From the NCBI GenBank assembly GCA_963845665.1, contig CAWJTA010000004.1:64428-128427 (forward strand): a DNA stretch of 64,000 nucleotides, written 5' to 3'. The notes under the pieces are model-generated. The model worked only from the letters and a program-made list of their open reading frames with translations. It ran no database searches and was not told where the DNA came from. Shown piece by piece: positions 59,176 to 64,000 of the stretch (position 1 is its first letter; each line of letters opens with the position of its first letter). The translations under genes were made by a program, and so were the position numbers. Source of the DNA: an uncultured Verrucomicrobiae bacterium. GTDB taxonomy: Bacteria; Verrucomicrobiota; Verrucomicrobiia; Limisphaerales; UBA11358.

Positions 59176-59544
59176 CGTTCACACTCGCCAGCGCCAGAAT
59201 CTTTAAAATCCCCAATAAAACAGTACTTTTTGCTCCAAAAACAAATCTCGTTCACACATGCAAAACCTATGCAAATAAAATGTGTACGACCTTCTCTTTC
59301 GGTAGGAGACGACGTCAGGAGACTCTGACTGATCCCCATCTTCCATCTCCAATCTTCCACCCCCACTCTTCGCTCACCGATGCCGGGCGTTCGGCGTTCG
59401 GCGTTCGGCGTTCGATGTGGTTCGATGTTTTTGGGGGCTGCTCCGTTTACACCCCCCAAAATCCTAAAAACCCAATAAACACGAGGGTTTTCGCTTTAAA
59501 ACAGTCTCGTTTACACGTTTACTTCCTTACACAAAAAAAATGTG
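59176..59544 (+). repeat. Two diverged AT-rich direct repeats of about 100-110 nt (59176-59284, 59444-59544)
   Basis: Shared ordered anchors CGTTYACAC, CCCAATAAA, AAAACA, TCTCGTTYACAC, AAAATGTG. Confidence 0.65.
59386..59413 (+). repeat. Perfect heptamer tandem repeat (GGCGTTC)x4
   Basis: Read directly from the sequence. Confidence 0.9.
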
Positions 59545-59713
59545 CGGCTGGTCCTGTCCAGCTTGGAAGCGCAGCCGTCTCGCTTGCCAGTTCTGCGCCC
59601 AATCAAGCAATCCGTCACACCAATCTGTTCAACTGAGGATTTGTTCGCGCTCTTTGGGTTCTCCTGTGGCTAAAAATTCTGCGGATTCCGCCAATTCTTG
59701 TCCGAATCCAATT

Positions 59714-60868
59714 CTACTTAAACGGAATCACCATGTATTCCTTCGTCTCAACCAAATGAAAACCATCTTCTTCAATCCCCTTCGAGATTGCCGGCATATG
59801 AGCAGCGCCCCAGGGCACAATCAGGATATTCGATCGCGGCAGCTCGTTTTTTAACTTTTCCAGAAGATGTTCGTTGCGCTTCCTCACAATATCGTCAAAA
59901 AGCTCTCGCTCGACGTTCGGCGGTGCCGAATACGTCGCCAACGCCGTCAGGGTAGCCGCATCCCTCACCCCTTTGGCCTGGAAGAGCATGACAAGATTCA
60001 GCAAATTAATCGTGTTCGTCGAAAACTCGTCCACGTCTATGTCTGCCCGAACTCTCTCTCCCTGGGGCTTGAACGTCTTCACTTGCTCGACTAATCCAAA
60101 TGAACGCGCCGTGCGTTTATAACTGATTCCGTTCGTCAGCAGATGTTTTTCATCGGTCACACCTTCCATAAGAACAATGGAATTGGTTGGGAAAGATTGC
60201 GAAATGTTCCGATAAAATTTCGCGTCGGCAATATGCATCATGGGGACCAATTCAACGGTCTTGCCGTCACTGCGGACGTATTGTTTCACGTGGGAAGTCA
60301 AGCCTGTCGTGCGCAAGGTCAAAAATCCCGCGGTAAAGTGATTCACGGCCAGCGCCGCGCAAATGGCCAGATAAATGGCAACCGCCGGCAGCAATACGAA
60401 AACGTTCACCAGGACAAAGACCGACAGATTAAGCCAGCTAAACGCGCGGTTTCCTAAATACTTGTCGTCCACAACCGGCCATTTAAATTTCCAACCGCCC
60501 CGGACCCAGCGAAAGATGCCCAGGCCGACCAAGAGCTGACCGAGCGAAATGGCCCAGTCCGTTTCCACACCCCGGCGCAGCCAATCGCCGCCGCCATAAA
60601 TTAAAGCCGGACACGTAACAAAAAGACCTGCCAGGGGAAAGAGCGCAATTGGCAAAAAAAACCGCTTGGGAACCAGGGGAGTAAGTCCCATGAGGAAATA
60701 AACCAGCACCATCAAAAGGAATGAGAGGAAGCCCAAAATCGCGTTGAGCAACATTAGAAAACGAACCCCCAAAAGGAGTTGCAAAGAATCGTCGGCGAAG
60801 GAAACCGCGCCACTGGCGATGAAAACGCACAGGCACACGTTCAAGATAATGGAAATCGCTTGTTTCAT
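59714..60868 (-). CDS. Membrane protein with a C-terminal TraB/GumN/Tiki-like domain
   Basis: About 5 N-terminal TM helices; PMMHI..FY, LMEG, RN, GAAH motifs. Confidence 0.55.
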   Translation of the reverse strand: MKQAISIILNVCLCVFIASGAVSFADDSLQLLLGVRFLMLLNAILGFLSFLLMVLVYFLMGLTPLVPKRFFLPIALFPLAGLFVTCPALIYGGGDWLRRGVETDWAISLGQLLVGLGIFRWVRGGWKFKWPVVDDKYLGNRAFSWLNLSVFVLVNVFVLLPAVAIYLAICAALAVNHFTAGFLTLRTTGLTSHVKQYVRSDGKTVELVPMMHIADAKFYRNISQSFPTNSIVLMEGVTDEKHLLTNGISYKRTARSFGLVEQVKTFKPQGERVRADIDVDEFSTNTINLLNLVMLFQAKGVRDAATLTALATYSAPPNVERELFDDIVRKRNEHLLEKLKNELPRSNILIVPWGAAHMPAISKGIEEDGFHLVETKEYMVIPFK

Positions 60869-61656
60869 TGTAATCTGAAGAAATCCCGCGCCGTCCGGCA
60901 CGTCGCCGCGCTCAATTCCTCGAGTGAACAGGCTTTCACTTGCGCGATCGTCTCGGAAATCTCCTTAACATACGCCGGTTCGCAACGTTTCCCTCGGTAT
61001 GGCACGGGCGCCAGGAATGGGCAATCGGTTTCCAGCATGAATTTATCCATCGGCGTGGCGGCCACCGTCTCGCGAACGTTCTGGCCGTTTTTAAACGTGA
61101 CGATTCCGGTGAAACTGACAAGTGAACCGATTTCCAGGACCTGTTTCATACGGTCTGCGGTTTCTCCAAAACAATGAAACACACCACGAACTTTGGAAGC
61201 GAACGGCTTGAGTTGCGCCAGGGTGTCATCAAAGCAGTCGCGCTGATGAATCACGCAGTTCAATCCAAACTCCGCCGCAACCTCCAATTGTTGCTCGAAA
61301 ACCGCCGCCTGCCGCCGCTTATATTCCCCGCGCTTCGATTCATCCTCCGGAAGTCGATGATAGTCCAATCCGGTCTCGCCAATCGCCGCGACTTTGGGAT
61401 GCTTCGCCAGTTCGCGCAATGCGGGCCGCAAATCATCCGGAGCCCCGGACGCGTCCGACGGATGCCAGCCGATGACGGCATAGACATTCGGAAATTTGTC
61501 CGCTAATTGCACTGCGCGCCGGCTGCTGTCCAGGCTTGTGCCAATAGAGATAATCTTTGATATGCCGGCTGATTGCGCGCGGGCGATCGCCTCACTTAAA
61601 TCCTGCGTGTAATCGGGATAATCCAGGTGTGCGTGCGTATCGAAAAATACAGTCAT
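60865..61656 (-). CDS. tatD: TatD-family DNase
   Basis: DTHAHL, GWHP, IGETGLDY, IH.RD, VFHCF, LETDCPFLAP. Confidence 0.94.
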   Translation of the reverse strand: MTVFFDTHAHLDYPDYTQDLSEAIARAQSAGISKIISIGTSLDSSRRAVQLADKFPNVYAVIGWHPSDASGAPDDLRPALRELAKHPKVAAIGETGLDYHRLPEDESKRGEYKRRQAAVFEQQLEVAAEFGLNCVIHQRDCFDDTLAQLKPFASKVRGVFHCFGETADRMKQVLEIGSLVSFTGIVTFKNGQNVRETVAATPMDKFMLETDCPFLAPVPYRGKRCEPAYVKEISETIAQVKACSLEELSAATCRTARDFFRLQ

Positions 61657-63256
61657 TTCGCGCTGGAGATTTTCTGTTCCAATGTGGCGATCTTATTGGA
61701 AACTGCTCCAGCGCCCGGGTACGTGGGTGATTCTTCCAGAAGAGCCCGATAATCGGCAATGGCCTGGCTGGTTTGGTTTTGTGCGAGCAATTCGTTGGCA
61801 AGCGCCAACCGAATCTGGATTCGTTGCTCGGGCGACGGGTCCAACGTCAAAGCGCGTCGATAAAATTCGATTGCTGAATCCGGCTTGCCCTGCAGATCGC
61901 ACAAGTCAGCCAATTTCTCGGTCAGCACGGCGCTCGTGGCTGTCGCAGGGAGGCCTTCCAGATAATTTTCCAATTCAAACAGCGGCTTCCCTTTGGCCTG
62001 GTAAAAATTACAAACGCGCCAGTAAAACCACTGCAGATTCGGGCTGTGCGTCCGCGTCAATTGGTGAAAAAGTTGCTCCGGCGGTTTTCAAACGGGCGGT
62101 ATAATGGGTCGCCAACAACCGTGGTTTGCCAGGACAACGCGGTCTGTGCGGCCCATGCCGCCTGACCAAATGTGAATCCACGCGCCATCCACCGATCCAG
62201 AAAAGTCTCTACGTCGGGCGTGAATTGGATGGATGGTTCGTCCACACAACCCATCGTGCAGGTCGCTCCTTTGGCCAAAAGTGGGCCGCACCAATGCTCT
62301 GTTGTGCTTCGCAGTGTGGCCGCACTGTAGGAGTGCAAGTGATATGCAAACGCGCCGGGCATGAACTCGACTGTCGGCTGTGCAAACGGCCCATCAACAT
62401 CCTCGGTGTACCACCCGGCGTAAATCGCAATCTGGCTCATGGGAAAATCGGCCGGGAACGTTGCCGGATTGGTGTCAGTGATCGGATCAAAACCATTCAC
62501 CTGGCACAATCTCGCCGCGCCGGAAATCCACTCATCTCCCAGCTTGTACGCGCCATCCGTGATACTTCGCGTGTCGAAATAGCTCCGTCCCCAAAGTCCA
62601 TTTTGTTCAGCTTCAACCGATTTTTGTACCAAACCCATCGCGATGTCCGGTCCCGGCCCGTCCAGCCGGGTCACCAAAAATATGCCGTTGGTAGGGTCCA
62701 GGAGCGCCGCATTAGTGCACCCGTACAGCCGGTTTATCATGGGTCCGGACAATCGCTCGTTGTTTTCAATCAACGGAAGCCACGCCAGTTCCGAATCCAC
62801 CGAAGCGCCGTTGCCTCGAAAGATTCCCGGCGCGGATTTATCTTCCGGTTCCTGGATATTCGGGTCCTGGTCGATCCGAAGCGGAACCCCGTAACACAAC
62901 ACGGCGTAGCGGACCTTGGATGCGATGACGCAGCGGACAAAGTGCACGGCCAGTCCGTTTGCGCCCTGGATAGTCGTTTCGCCAAATTTCCATAGGCCGG
63001 CTGACTGTAGTTTTTCTGCCAGGGGCAATTGAAGCTCGCTTTTGAAGTCGTCCCTGGACATGTCCTCGGTTTCCGGCAATTGGAGACCAAAAAGCTGTTT
63101 CGAAGGAACATGGCGCATTTTGGCATAATATTCGGCCACGTCCCTGGAACTGGCCATTTTGGCATTGTAGATGACCACGACTTCGTCGCCGCCAGCCCGG
63201 GCAAAGCACGGTGCCAGGGCGAAAAACAACAGGGCGAATCGAATAAAATCTTTCAT
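61653..63256 (-). CDS. Secreted TIGR03790-family protein with C-terminal TPR; split by one frameshift at 62085-62088
   Basis: YYAKMRHVP, LCYGVPL, VTRLDG, PGAFAYHL.S, GCV.EP, VGDPLYRPF; TPR frame continues as KPPEQLFHQL if one base is added to the A4 run. Confidence 0.78.
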
Positions 63257-63305
63257 TATTTCCCTGCAATTTGACGCCGTTAGCCCGGGAACGTTGTAAA
63301 ATATT

Positions 63306-63998
63306 TCAATTAGCGCCAAATAGTGCTTCGCGCATGCCGGACGCGGGACGGTTTTTGGCTTTGTTCCAATAGCGAAAACCCGCGCTCCAATCCCAAATGG
63401 CCCAGCCGATTTTGTCCTGCGCCAGCGCTTTCCGATATGCGGTATACAGGCGCGCGCGCGATGCCGGATCGGCCTTCGTGAAACATCCAAATTCGCCGAG
63501 ATGGATGGGCCGGCCGTAATAATCCGACCATTCCCGCGCGTACTTTAGCCTGCCCTCAAATGCCCTGGGGCTGCTGGGATTTTCGTCAGCAGGCAAAGTG
63601 TTGTAACGGTGGATCCAATCCAGCGCGGAATCGGGCAGATGAAGCGATGGGTCAGGCGTGAGCGGTGTCGCCGGCGGTCCGGGAAATTGGATTCCCGTTT
63701 GGCGCGGCATCGGGCCGGCCCACGTCGCGCCCTGGTGGGTGAACATAAACGGTTCGTAACAATGAACCGAAACAATCACGTCATCGTCGGGCGGCAAGAC
63801 GAGATTTTTTAATTCAGGAATGGAACCCCATCCACCCGGTTCCACAAAAATCACGCGCTGCGGATTGGTTCGTCGAATTTCCTTTATGGCCCGCGCATAA
63901 ATCGGGTTCATCGCTGCGGTCGTCGCGTTGGCATGAGGCTCATTGTCCAATTCGAACGCCAGTTGATTCGGAAAGCTTTTGTAATACCGGGCGATCTG
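63306..63998 (-). CDS. GH5 glycoside hydrolase, 3' part (gene enters from beyond the window)
   Basis: Frame open to the window edge; FELDNEP acid/base, VHCYEPFMFTHQGA, IHLGEFG nucleophile, W..WD. Confidence 0.88.
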   Translation of the reverse strand, partial: QIARYYKSFPNQLAFELDNEPHANATTAAMNPIYARAIKEIRRTNPQRVIFVEPGGWGSIPELKNLVLPPDDDVIVSVHCYEPFMFTHQGATWAGPMPRQTGIQFPGPPATPLTPDPSLHLPDSALDWIHRYNTLPADENPSSPRAFEGRLKYAREWSDYYGRPIHLGEFGCFTKADPASRARLYTAYRKALAQDKIGWAIWDWSAGFRYWNKAKNRPASGMREALFGAN

Positions 63999-64000
63999 AT

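Noticed and set aside
59176-59544. CRISPR array
   Set aside because: Only two long diverged copies, no constant repeat-spacer period, no cas genes
59028-59636. 202-aa plus-strand ORF
   Set aside because: Made of repeat-derived low-complexity sequence (e.g. RSAFGVRRS from GGCGTTC x4); no RBS or motif
63257-63490. 5' extension of the TIGR03790 ORF
   Set aside because: Overlaps the GH5 3' end in another frame; the signal peptide starts at 63256
1-64000. tRNA, rRNA, integrase or IS transposase
   Set aside because: None recognised by eye; a tRNAscan/Infernal/ISEScan run would be needed to exclude them formally

Overview
A 64 kb chromosomal window that reads like a Verrucomicrobiota (subdivision 3, Pedosphaera/Limisphaerales-like) genome. 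This is inferred from the PEP-CTERM proteins, two TIGR03790-family genes, futalosine-type menaquinone genes and typical secreted-protein motifs. Housekeeping content: an oxidative pentose-phosphate cluster (tal-ROK-pgi-fda-gnd-zwf-rpiB), ubiX/ubiA/mqnE, an E1a/E1b/E2 2-oxoacid dehydrogenase operon plus a stand-alone aceE and a lipoate ligase, an rmlA-X-rmlB operon, uppS and tatD. Accessory content: two GT-C-like membrane proteins, an S8 protease, GH30/GH89/GH20/GH5 and an unclassified six-hairpin glycosidase, three tandem PEP-CTERM genes, a large ankyrin protein and an orphan hicB. I recognised no rRNA, tRNA, CRISPR array, integrase or transposase. Intergenic DNA is rich in REP-like hairpins and degenerate 7/8-mer repeats. 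Several genes carry frameshifts, many at homopolymers, which suggests uncorrected long-read errors. Best leads: (i) a plant/giant-virus-type bifunctional 3,5-epimerase/4-reductase sitting where rmlC and rmlD should be; (ii) a secreted protein fusing a Wzc-like coiled coil, 12 ankyrin repeats and two Wza-like SLBB domains; (iii) a PEP-CTERM/TIGR03790 surface-protein locus with a repeated STNL-W-TN-RFY module that may be a verrucomicrobial sorting domain; (iv) hicB followed by only a 10-codon scar of hicA. All family assignments come from motifs recognised by eye; no database search was run.
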